A stretch of DNA of 64,000 nt from Lama glama. Lineage: Eukaryota. A program made the translations under genes and the position numbers. Each line of letters starts with the position of its first letter. Position 1 is the stretch's first letter. The notes beneath the pieces were generated by a model that ran no database searches, was not told the origin of the DNA, and worked only from the letters and a program-made list of their open reading frames with translations. Positions 1 through 12,300 of this stretch are shown here, piece after piece. Location of the stretch: assembly GCA_028534125.1 (NCBI GenBank), contig CM052832.1, positions 6,512,001 through 6,576,000 on the forward strand. The letters are read 5' to 3'.

Positions 1-134
1 GCCACCCTGGTGCTCTTTGGTGGTGAGCCAGCCTGTCTCTGGTAACACCTCTCCATCAGCACACGCTGCTCTCTTTTTCTTTTAAAACTTCTATACCAAG
101 CTGCGGGATCTTGAGAAACTCAGTATATTCTGTC

Positions 135-360
135 TTAGGAGCGTGGGTTTAGAGTTGAACAGCCCTGCAGGCAGTTCCCAGCTCTGCCGTAATACTAGCT
201 ACCTGAACTTGAATGAGTTTCTAATGCTTTGAGCTATGTTTTTCTCATCTGAAAAATGAGGATAACACCACCTGTTCTACTAGGTTCTTGTGAGACTTAA
301 AAAATCATTAATCTGTGTAAGGAGCTTTAGCCCAGAGCTTGTCATATATTAAGTACTCAT
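135..360 (+). mobile_element. MIR SINE
   Basis: ccagctctgcc...tttctcatctgaaaaatgaggataac...gtaaggagctttagc MIR core; approximate bounds. Confidence 0.75.
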
Positions 361-1139
361 TTTTGGGGTCATTTATACATCCTGGGTCTCATGTGTGAAG
401 AGAATGGGTCAGATGAAGTGGTCTCGGGACTCCCTTGTACTTGGATATTCTGCCTCCTCTCACCTCTTGTGACCCTAATTTTGTTTTCCATCCGTGGTCT
501 CACCCATCCTCATCCTCTCCCACACTAGACACATCAAAGTCCCATTTCCTTCTTTCGCTTCCTCCTTTTCTCCGTCTGATCAGTTCCTGAGTCCTGAGGA
601 GTCAACCATGAATGTCCCTGGCATCTGTCTTCTCTCCACGTGTACTGTCAGCTCCCGCCTGCACCACTGCCCAAGCCTCCTCTCATGCATTCTGGCCTTC
701 AGAGCATCTTCTGCACAGCTGCCACAGTCATCCTGTCCCTCAACAAATCTTAGTAGGTCACACCCACATTTAAACAGCTGCCTGCTAACTGTTGGGTTTC
801 ACCTAAACTACTGAACTTGCCCCACAAGGTCCTTCTCAGGCTGGTCCTTAAGTTCACCTCTAGCATCCTCTCCGACCACCTCCCCTCTGAGGACCTGTCC
901 TTTAGCCACACAGAATCTTCGGCAGTTCCTGCGGGCATATCAGGTCCACACATGACTTGATGCCTCTGCTCATGGTGCTGTTTTTGACAAACACCTACTG
1001 ATCATTCAAAGCTCAGATCCAGTATCACCTCTGGTAAGCCTTTTGGGACTTCCCAACGGGTTAAAGGCATTTTACTCCACTCCCTCTGTTCTCACAGTTT
1101 GTCCATAGCACTGGCAAACACTAACATGACCTCCGCAGT

Positions 1140-1370
1140 AAGACTGTGTCCTCTGGAGTCAGACCGACTGGGTTGAGTCCCTGAATCCAGTAGTTAATAC
1201 CTAGACTGGCCAAGTTATTTAGACTCTGTAAGCCTGTGTTTCCTCCTCTGTAAAAGAGAGATAATAGTAACCCACTAAATCGATTGTTGGGCGAATTCAG
1301 TGAGTTAAGCCACGAGCATGGTTAGCACGGTGCTGGCCATGTACCACGTGACTCAGTGACGTTAGCTTTG
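1140..1370 (+). mobile_element. MIR SINE within L2 debris
   Basis: ctctggagtcagacc...gcctgtgtttcctcctctgtaaaagagagataatagta. Confidence 0.75.
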
Positions 1371-1699
1371 TAAGTTCTGTGATCTGAGCTGCTGCCATGT
1401 CTGTCTGCTCTCACTGCATTGTAAGCTCCTCTAGTGCAAAAAATAGACATCTCATTCCTTAGTGTTACCAGCACTTACAATAGTGCCTGGCCTAGCAGGC
1501 CAAGTCAAAATTTTCCTTTCCACTAAATATCCATAGATTTGAGATAATTTCAAAGTATAATCAAGACAATCAAAATAATGTTTTACAAGTTAGGTCTGCT
1601 TTTGTGTCTGACACTGCCAAGGACTTGGCTATGAGCTTCATGTTAATAGACGATACCTACCACCCTCGGTGATGCTGTTTATCGCCAGAGCTTCCGCTG

Positions 1700-2620
1700 T
1701 CACCTGCAGGTAGACAGTGCTCAGATCTGAATCTCCATCCTTATCATTCTAAGATCCAGGCCAATATATTAGTCTAGTCACCTAGGCATCTCTTCTTAGA
1801 TGTCCTGTGGGTATTCCCAAACCTAACACACTAAACGAAACCTGTTTTTCTACCACAAAATCTTTCCTACAAATGATCTCCACTGTAGGAAATGACCTCA
1901 TTTGTTGCTGAGGGCAGGAATCTGGGAATGAAGCCGACTTTCCCTTGTCTTCTCCACCCGTTTCCCCATCCCGTCATGTTTTCAGCTCCTTCCTACCTCG
2001 TAGATATCATTTAAATCTACCCTCCTCTGTCCCCACTGTTATACTGTAGTCCAAGTTGTCATTCTCTCTCGTCTGTCACTACTCCTGGTCTTTCCTCAAC
2101 CCACACGGCAGCCAGAACGGTCTTCCCAAAGGCGCACAAGTCACCAAGCCAACGCCCCTCACTCTCATGGGTCCCACGGCCCTCCCCGATCTGGTCCCTG
2201 CCTCTTTCCGGCCTCCCTGTGCTGCTCTCCTGGCATCTCCGTGCCTCAGCTGGCTGGGTTTCCTTAAGTTCTCTGCACTCATCATGTTCTTTGTCCACTC
2301 CCCTATTTCCTCCCCCTAGAAAGTTCTCCTCTGCCCTCTTTACCTGGCTAAGTCCTGTTCATTCTTCAGATCTCAATTCCAAAGTCCATTCTCCAAGGAG
2401 GTTTTCTTAATCTCCCAGCCCAGGCTCTACTTACTTGCTCTGTATTTTCATAGCACCGTGCACTTTCCCCCACCACTCGTCACTTCTAGCTTCTTGCTCA
2501 GTTTTGTCCTGACCGACACCAGAAGCTCCATCACTAAAGCAGGGGCTGAGTCTCTTCTGTTCATCCCAAAGCCAGGCTTTGAGTACAGGGCTTTGCATGG
2601 AGTAGGTGCTCAATTAATAT
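1700..2620 (+). mobile_element. L2 LINE 3' fragment
   Basis: Pyrimidine-rich L2 body ending gtaggtgctcaattaata. Confidence 0.65.
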
Positions 2621-3267
2621 TATTATATTATATTGTGTAAAGTTTTGATTGTTTGAATTTCTAAACCCATGACTCATTCATTCTTTCAAATATGTTCTAA
2701 CTTACAAAATACTTGAGTACCCTGTTTTGTTACATTATGTTACTCACCTAAGTGTATCTCATTCTATACCTTAGTTCATGTCAGTTAAAAAAAGAAGCAT
2801 TCAAACCAAATTAAAATGAGATAATGCTTTCTCACTAAGCAGAGTTTTGTGGTACTAAGTATTAATGGGTAATGCAACATTTACCATGAAAGTAACAAAT
2901 TTTGTTTCAAACAGTAATATTTTCATAGGAATGGCCTCTAGTATGACATCTGTCTCAAACTAGAATATTTTGGCTAAATAGCAAAAGGCTTTACATTTCA
3001 GAACAGTCTATCCACTGACTTTATCACAACAGAAATATCAACCTATTCATTTCTGATGTAGCTGAATTATTTTACCTTCAACTACCAAGAAAGGTAACAG
3101 GACTTTGAGGAGAGGTGAAAGAAAACAAAAAGAGATATAGAAAAGAAAGAACCATGGTTTGGGAGCAGAACCATGCCAAAAACCAGAAGAGAAAAGGGAA
3201 ATATTTACAGATTGGAAGTAATTTAACAAAGAAAACAAAGAGAAAGGCAGGAAAAACCAGACTTTAC

Positions 3268-3370
3268 CATTCGCAGCCAAGACGGTAAAAAGCCTTTATA
3301 AAGACTCATGAATCCCTCTCCTTGAACAGCTTGAATCAAGCAGTCAGTTGATGACTTATACAAAAGGCCC
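3268..3370 (-). CDS. SLC25A27: UCP4 exon 8
   Basis: [37 protein letters not shown] acceptor, GTAAAG donor. Confidence 0.96.
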
Positions 3371-6300
3371 CTAAAAAGGAAAGAAAACAATTTGGCTAAC
3401 TTTCTTGTGTATAAATAGGTGTATAAATAAATTTTTTAAAAAAGTCTTAGGAAATGTACTTAAAATTTTTCTGCTAGTTTAGAACAAGTACTTTTTGTGG
3501 TTCTAGGTATATGTGGATTACTTCTGTCAAGTTTAAAAATATTTTCAAGGTTGATTCTTCTGATTCACCCCACCCTTGGTCTTATAACTTAGACTTCACT
3601 CCGCCTGACCTAGTCCAGAGAGAATATACTGATTTCCATCAAATCAAATGACCCATGTTATACTAAGTGAAGCAAGCCAGAGAGAGAGAGAAAAATACCA
3701 TATGATATCACTTATACGTGGAATCTAAAAAAAAAAAAAAAAGACACAACTGAACTTATTTATGAAACAGAAACAGAAACAGATTCACAGACATAGGGAA
3801 CAAACTTATGGTTACCAGGGAAGAAGGGGAGGGGGAAGGATAAACTAGGAGTTAGGGATTTGCAGATTAAAAACTACTATATATAAAATAGATAAACAAC
3901 AAGGTTCTACTGAACAGCCCAGGGAACTGTATTTAATATCTTGTAATAACCTGTATTGAAAAAGAATATGAAAAGGAATATACATCTATGTATAACTGAA
4001 TCACTTCACTGTACACCAGAAACTAACACAACATTGTAAACTGCCCATAGTTTAATTTAAAAAAACAAAAAGCAAATTACCCATGTTACCTGTAAGTCAT
4101 AAGCTTCTGAGGAAAGCGCTCTGTAAATTCTCAACAGAGTATATTTTTCAGAAACTCTTTGAAAACAACAAAGTCACAACAACACCTTGTATCTAAGCAA
4201 CATGATCATTAAATTAAATTATTTCCCCAAATGCACAGTACTTTTCGGTCAAACATAAAACAGGAAATTGCATAAATACAATTTCCTGGTTGAACACACA
4301 TAAACACAACATAAACACAAAAATACATTTCTATCAAGAATCAATACAGGGAAGTGTCTTTAAAGAACAGTATTATTAGAGACATTCAGATACATGGATA
4401 CTGAAGACTTTCTATCTACCTTCCTTGTTTATCTCGTGGTTGATTCATTATTCGGCTTTTGATGACATCGGCGGGTGTCCCCAGAATAGAAGCTACCAGT
4501 CCAGAACATAAACTATAGATACAAATAAATGAAATTGAAAGATAGTATGTAGCAGGCTCTAAATTTTAAGCAAAGGGGATTCGATATGTAGAAAGAATGG
4601 AATACTAAATCCATCACTTATAATATTCTTCATAATAACACTCTTTTAGCTTAAAAATCAATGCTAAGTTAATTCATTAAAGAGGTAGAAGAAAAAAAAT
4701 TAAAAGAATGTCTGGTCAGCAAACATACACTGAATGCCTGCTGGTGGCATTCAGGCACTCTTCTACGCAGTAAACAGGACAGATGAGATCCTGTCCCTCA
4801 AGGCACTTAAATGGAGAGAGGCAGAGGAGAAATGGGTAATGTCAGATGCAGTTAAGTGCTGTGTGAAGTGGGATCGTGTGATAGGGAGTAAGCGGGTGAT
4901 GGGCAGTCATGGAAGGCTCTGGGGTGATGGCAGGTCTTGACATAGGTGCGTCTGTCTCACCAGTCAGACGAGACAAAAGCAGCAGGCAAAAAAGGCTAAC
5001 TTGGGTCTGATTTTATTCTAAACCCGCAGGGAAGTCACTGAAAGAATCGTAAACGGGAAATCACATAATTTGGTTAATAATCACTCCTTCTTGAGAAGGG
5101 CTTCTTGTCAGTTACTCAAAGCAGACCAAATGGCTGGGGCCAAGCCACTGCAGAGTAAGTCAAGATTGTGTGAGTGAGTGACTAAAATGTGAAGAAATTA
5201 ATGAGCAGTTTGTCCATGTATGTGGGCGTGAGAGAGGCAGTACAGGAACATGATGGAAATTCCATAACCGGAAAAGCCAGGAACTGCTGGCAGCTTTTCC
5301 AGGAAAAACAGAGATGGTGCAACAAGGCGTGATGGTCCGGCGTCACAGGAAGTGGGAGGCCCAGGTCCCGGGAGCTGGCAGCCGGGTCCACAGACTGGGA
5401 TCAGGGGAGCAGGAAGAACAGCTTAGGTTGGGCCAGTGGGAAGCTGGAAAGGAAAACTGTGGAAAACTTTTCTGTCCTTCTGGAACATCAAGTACCTCAG
5501 AGAGATCAGGACCACTGAATTCTGTGCCCATCAAGGCCTTTGAAGTTTCTAAATCTCCAGGGTCAGGAAGTTGACGCTGTGTTAGGAATCCTCATACTCT
5601 CTTATCGTGAACTGTGGTCACAGAAAGTACCAGACTCTTTCTGACTCCCTCGGCCAGGAGTTACCACTCAAAGGAGGAACGCACTTTCGAAATACTTGAA
5701 TTTAAGAGAAGGGTCCTAGTGACCTATTTACATATTCCAGCAAATGACCCAACTGTGCATATAACTTTCCTTTGGTTTCTGTGCACGTGACAGGCATTGC
5801 TTATGTGAGAAGAGCTTCCGGTTTCACCATAGGAGCAGCCTACTGTACTTTCCTGTTTGTTCAGATTCTCCCAATATCAAAGTTTAACACCATTGATTTC
5901 AATATACCTTCATGTTTTTGCACAGAAACGTCTCCATTAACATGAAATTCATCCAAGTTCTAAAACTTAGGTCTTCCAGAAACAGCATATGAGACCAATC
6001 AAGAGGTAAGGAAGAACAAGGGAACGGGGGGAAACAGATACACAGTTCCCCCTCTTTGCTCTGAAGGTTGGAGGGAGACACTGCACTTGTTCGTTTGCCT
6101 CAGAGAGGCCGGGTGCCAGCTCAGCCTCACGTGTAAGTGCCCAGAGTGGAAACTACTCTGCCAGTGCTCATAGTGTGGATACGTTCTATTTTTAAAACGT
6201 AAGTAGCCCTCATTAATAAGTCGCCATTAATTAACTTGTTTAGGATTAAAGGATTTGTTTTTACCTGCATACTGACCACACCAAGGACCCCCACTTCAGC

Positions 6301-9300
6301 ACGTGTGGCCCCATCTGGCACACACAGACCCTAGGAGGCAGCTGCCAGTGCCCTGCCTCATCCTCTTCTTATTAAACAGGTTTCAGGAGGTAGTGTGACC
6401 TGGCTAGACTCCTTTGAAAAGGTGAACATTAAAAGAGAGCAAATAATGTACGAAGGAGGCCTCAGGTAGGATGGTGCCTAGAGTCAAAGTGAGAAGACAG
6501 GACGATAAAAGGAACGTCAGTTTCACAGCTACTTGAAATGAACATTGCTGCTTCTGGCTACCGACCTGTATCATAGCTCCTTGCTGGGGACACCCCAGAG
6601 AGAAGCCCAGGGCGCGGCTAAAGGGGTAATGGAAAGAGAGCGATTGAGGGGTGTCTTCTGTTCTCTCCAGGAGACCAGATGGTCATCTGTGAGGCCAGTC
6701 TGTGATATTCCGTCAGCACTGGTCAGGGTCAGCCATCCTCTCTAGGAGCAACTAGATAATCATGCTCGTGTATCGTCTTCATACAGTGCAAGCTCACCCT
6801 TTGCACAGTCTCACCTCTCAATAGCTTCACGCTTTAAAAAGAGAGATAAGGGGATGGTTCTGGCTCTTCTGTTCTCGATAATGCCCAGACCATTAATTCA
6901 GTGCCCTGCCTTTCCTCCGCCTCTTGTATTAACACACCTTGCCACCTGCCTCCCCACCTCACTGAAATCCTAGCCACGGTCTCTGCTGCTCCTGCCCTGG
7001 CCCAGAACTTCGTTTTATTTACCCCACTGTTTTTAAGTGTGGTAAAGTATACAGAACATACAACTTAAACCATTTTAGCCGTATTAAACCACACAGTTCA
7101 GGGCTTACACCATTTTTATTCTTCTTCTTCATGTGAGATTCCTTTTCCCCAGATGTTGATGGCTCATATAAATCTCTCTGATTGCACAGCTGCAGGCCCC
7201 TCAGATCCCCATGAGCACTCATTCTATCCTGTGACACCGCACTGTTTATCTCCGTAGATGTGAGTTCGTGGGTAGCAGCCTTGGAGCTGCCTCACATACC
7301 CACATACTTATTCCAACCCATTTAAATACCTGATCTAGGGAGCTCAGGAATGAACCAAGTACCGATCATCCCATGTTCGCAAAACCTCAATCAGAGAACA
7401 GTGGGGTGAAGTTATTTCAGATTAGGGCTGGAAGACAGTGATGGGGAATCTTGCATCTTTCCAAAAAAGACAGATCTGTTAGGTGGAGCAGCGCACGTTA
7501 AGCGGATTTACACCTGCTGAGAAATCCTTGAATCTTAGATTAGAAGTGTGGTATTTCAAAGACCGTTTGGGTAGAAAGACAATGAAAAAGAAACAGAGGT
7601 ACCACCGCTGTGGCCCTGTCAGACCTGAACATCCTGCTCCCAGAACAGATCGTGACGCTGAAACAGACAAGCCTCTCGAAAGATGAGACTATCTCACAAG
7701 ACGACTTGACCGGCTAGTAACTGGGGAAGAAAGTCTCACAGGCAGAGAGGACAGCATGAACAAAGGTAGTGAAGGAAAGAAGGCCAGGGTGGCACAGATG
7801 TCATACAGGTGTTTACAGGCACAGGGGTAACAGAGGCCTAAAATCGTTAGGCCTAAAATCCTCGCTTGTCTCTGTGAAAAAAGAGGCTGGACTGACTATT
7901 GGCTACAGAAAGGATGGCATAGCTTGTGAACACACCTGGGTGAGAGTTTGGAACATGAAAGAAAGGTGAGCAGACATATATAGAGAGATTGCCTTAGCAG
8001 CACCAAAGATAATACTTATTTTAAAAGAGAAAGAATGAAGAAAAACTACTCTAGGAAAATTAAGTTAAGGTGAACCTGAGATTCGGAATCATTTATATCT
8101 ATATCTTTATCTGTGTATCTCCGAGTGTCATTGATTTGGCAGTATTAATATTCTTTGGGGGTTGTCTAAACAGCATAAAGGGTTCTAGAATTTGGAAACA
8201 AGATGAGCAGTGAAATAAAAATCACTANNNNNNNNNNNNNNNNNNNNNNNNNNNNNNNNNNNNNNNNNNNNNNNNNNNNNNNNNNNNNNNNNNNNNNNNN
8301 NNNNNNNNNNNNNNNNNNNNNNNNNNNTTTATAAATGTACTATCACCTTTTTCTAAGGGCGATTCCACTAGGTTCCCAATCAAAAGAGACAAGAAGTTAG
8401 AATTTATGTCAAACATGGAAGAAAAGGTGAGATGGGAAAAAACCAGAGAGAGAGAGAGATTAAAACAGTCTTACCTTGATAAGCCATGAGTCATGATGTT
8501 ATCCTCAAGTGGCGTATTCAATACCAAGTAGTGTTTCACTGTATCGTAAGTGGTTAAATCTGGCAATAGATAGAAGAAGAAAGCTTAAATATCATTCATT
8601 CAACCATGAATGTCTTTTGTGTCAAGAATATGCTAAGTTTGAGGCAGGAATGTGGACAGGGAAGAAAGATCCTATTCTTGTTCTCAAGCAGAAAAGCAGA
8701 GCTCCCGATGGAGGGGGAGGGAATAAGGAAGAGGGACAGACACTCGGTTGTAGCCTCTGAACATCTGAATCCAGCAATGCTGAAAGTCAGCCTAAACCCT
8801 GCACTTCAGTGTTTGAGCTGATGAATTCCTTTTTTTAGCCTCAGTTAGGCTGAGTTGAGATTCTGTCACTTTTAAACAAAAGTTCCTGGCCATTATTCTA
8901 CATTAAGCTTTTTATAGACTTTTTTTTTTCTAATGACAATGAAGTGCTGTCAAGTTTTAAACAGGGGAGAGATACACCATAGCCCTGGAGCTTTATAAAG
9001 GCTATCAACACTGAAGTATAGGGAAGTGAACTGTAAAGAGAAAAGAATGGGCAGATACGTTTGCTCATTCACCAAATATCTGAGTGCCTACCATGTGGTG
9101 GGTGCTATTCCAGGCGCTGGGGAAAGAGCCTCGGACAAAGTGAACAAAACCCCCATTCTTTATTGAAGGATGAAACAATAAATAAGTAAACCACATGGCG
9201 TTTCAGATGGTAGCAGCTGCCCTGAAGACAAATAAAGCAGGGAAAGGGGACAGCGAGTGTGCGAGGGTGGGGAGCAACGGTGCATGTGAACTTTAAGTAG

Positions 9301-12300
9301 GGTGATCTGGGAAGACCTTGCGGTAACATTTGGGCAGAGACCTGAAGGAAACTTGAGAGAGTGAACTTTGTAGGTGTCCAAGAGAAAGTGTCCCAGGCAG
9401 GACCACAGGACGTGTCACAGCCCCGAGGCAAAAGTCAGCTCTGTGTGTTCGAGGAACTGCAGGAACACTGCTTTGTCAGGAGCAGAGGGAGCAAGAGCCA
9501 GAGAAGGGGCGGGTTTTGAGCAGAGTGACCAGGGTTACTGTTTATGTCTCCCAGGTTACAGGGAGACAAGGCAGGTGAGACATGAGACCATGGCAGTCAT
9601 TCTGGTGAGAAATGATGGTGGCCTGGATAAGGGAGTTGTGGAGCGCTGGTCAGATTCTGGGTGTTTTAAGAAGGAATCAACAGGATCAGCCAGCAGACTG
9701 AACAGGGAGTGAAAGAAAGGAGGCAAAGATGACGGCAAGACTTTGCACTTGAACAGTTTGAAGAACAAAGCTGCTAATTATGGAGATGTAAAAATGAGCA
9801 TTGGCTAATTTAGATTTTTTTTTAAATAAGATGACAGACACTGATGATCTTGGTAAGAGCAACTTCAGACGCACAGTGGGACAAAATGGCTGTGGGACAG
9901 ATGTGGGGAGACCATTTAGGAGGCTTTCGTAGTGGTCCAGCAGGAGGAGCTGACACATGGACAAAGGAGTGGCTCCAGCGATGAAGAGAAGTGGGTGAAA
10001 TTTGAGGAGTATCTGGGAGATAGAACTGGCTGGATCTGGTGACTTGTTGGCCATAAGGAGTAAGTGAAAGCAAAAAGATAAAAATCATGCCTAGGTTTCT
10101 GAGTCGTTCAACTAAAAGATGGTGAGGTCATATTTTTGAGACTGGGAAGAACAGAGAAGGAAGTGATTTAATGAAATGAGTTCAGTCTGGATACATTCAA
10201 AGTGATATAACCAAATAAGATAACCAAATGAAAATGCTGATTAGGTAGCTGGAACTTAGAAGAGAAATCTGGGCTGCAACAGATTTCAAAGCAATGAATT
10301 GAGAAACCATAATCAGAAAGGTTTTTTGACGCCCAAAATATCCACCAATACGATGCAGTAGACACTGATGGACTGAAAAAGCAACGTATAAAATAGATTT
10401 ACTTCCTTTGATGTTTAAGTGATATGTTACTATAATTCTCAAAAATGCTATTTATCAATTTCTTAGAATCACATAATTTTGGTCTTAGGATTCTTTCATT
10501 CATTGATTCATTCATGAAATGTTTATTGATCACATATGAGGGACCAGGAAAATAAAGATAAATAAAACACAGCCCTTGCCTTTAGGGGGCTCAAAGTCTA
10601 GAGGAGGAGACAGCTGTGTAGTGGAAGGCAATGAAAGGAGGTGAAAGCTACTACAGATAAGCCCAGGGAGCTACAGAAACACATAAAGGAGCGTCTAACA
10701 CAGCACGACTGGAGAGGGGTGGTTGTCAGAGGTTCAGGGAAAATACAGGAGTGGAAAAGACACCTTAGCTACGTATTAAAATATCTGCAGGGGAAAGCTT
10801 GATAGGAGAAGAGGGAAGAGGACAGCGAGAATGGAGGTGAAGAAGAGTTTGGTGTGTGGGCAGTGGCACCTTTCAGCTCATGACTCTGCTTCCATCTCTG
10901 CTCCAGAATCAATGAGTTGCTCAACGCCAGAAGGCACAGGTTGGATCATTCAGACCTCCTGTGTTCTGTTATGAAATTCTCACTTTATTCTTTGAGTGAT
11001 GAGAAGCCAGTGAAGGGTTTTAAGGATATCATTAACATGTTCAGATCTGTATTTTAGATAAAGCGCTCTGGATACTGGGTACCAATTTGAGGACAGAGAA
11101 GACCAGTTCGATGGCTGTGGCAGTGGTCTAGTTGTGTTTTGACGCTTACTGTTGTAAAAATGGTCATTTTAAGGATACTAAAGTAGTAGGTATTGGAGGT
11201 GGGGAAACTTTCTTTTTTAATTGAAATATAGTTGATATATAATGTTTGTCAGTTTCGGGTGTATTAAATAGTGATTGATATTTGCATACATTATGAAATG
11301 GTCACCATGATAAGTCTAGTAATCATCTATCCCCATGCAAAGTTATAATATTACTATAATAATTCCTTATGCTGTATATTACATCCTTGTGGCTTATTTA
11401 TTTTATAACTGGAGGTTTGAATCTCTTAATCCTCTTCACCTATCTTGGCCGCCTCCCCACTGGCAACCGCCTGTTTGTTCTCTGTATCAGAGTCTTGTTT
11501 TCATTTTGTTTTGTTTGTTTTGCTTTTTAGATTCCACATTAAGTGAGATCATATGATACCTGTCTTTCTCTGTCTGACTTATTTCACTTTGCATAACACT
11601 GGAAGGGGGAAGGAACTTTTAAGAAACATGCAGGAGATAGAAGAAACTGAATACAGGAAGTGCGTGAAGGGGGTGAGTTAAGGAAACACTCAGGTCCCCA
11701 GCCTGCAGCGCCCTGCTGTACAAGGTGGATTATGTGGTAACAGGAGCAGGGTTACTGGGGGGAAAGATCTGCAGTCTGGATATACGACCACCACATGGTT
11801 ACATACACCAGTGTGAATCTTAGAGGAAGGTATAGGGTGGAGAGGAGACCTTAGACATGGTTTGGTCTTCTTTCATTATTGTCACCATTTGCTAGTTTTA
11901 GGAAATCCTTTGCATGCATCATTGTAGAATAAAGTGACAATGCTCTGGGGAAAATACTCAATTATGAGATTACAGTATACAAGAAGACTGTTTCCAATAT
12001 GAATTATTAAAAATACTAAAATAAAAATGTTCATTTTCCCTGATGTAAGTGCTTACAATCATAATGATCACGGCAGTTAGGACTTCTCAGAATTCAATAA
12101 AGTTTCCATTACCTCCCATATTCACCAGTGCAGCTCTTTGTATATTGGGTACCCAGCCTGCCCAAAGCCCACGTATTCCTCCTTCAGCGAAGATTTTTGC
12201 AAACGCATGATGCACACCACGAAACCTAAAGGAAAACAATCATAATAATAAACATGAAAACTACGCATTCCTATGGATGGAATGCAACTGGGTAAGCTTC

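Noticed and set aside
1..3220. SLC25A27 last coding exon (TPWS...SPF) apparently missing
   Set aside because: Not seen in the window, but intron 8 simply runs off the left edge; no evidence of gene truncation
5720..5730. RORE-like TAAATAGGTCA on the minus strand (similar half-site at 56498-56509)
   Set aside because: Degenerate single half-sites arise by chance in 64 kb; no supporting context
8228..8327. Gap might hide an exon
   Set aside because: Exons 6 and 7 join in frame into continuous UCP4 sequence, so no constitutive coding exon is missing
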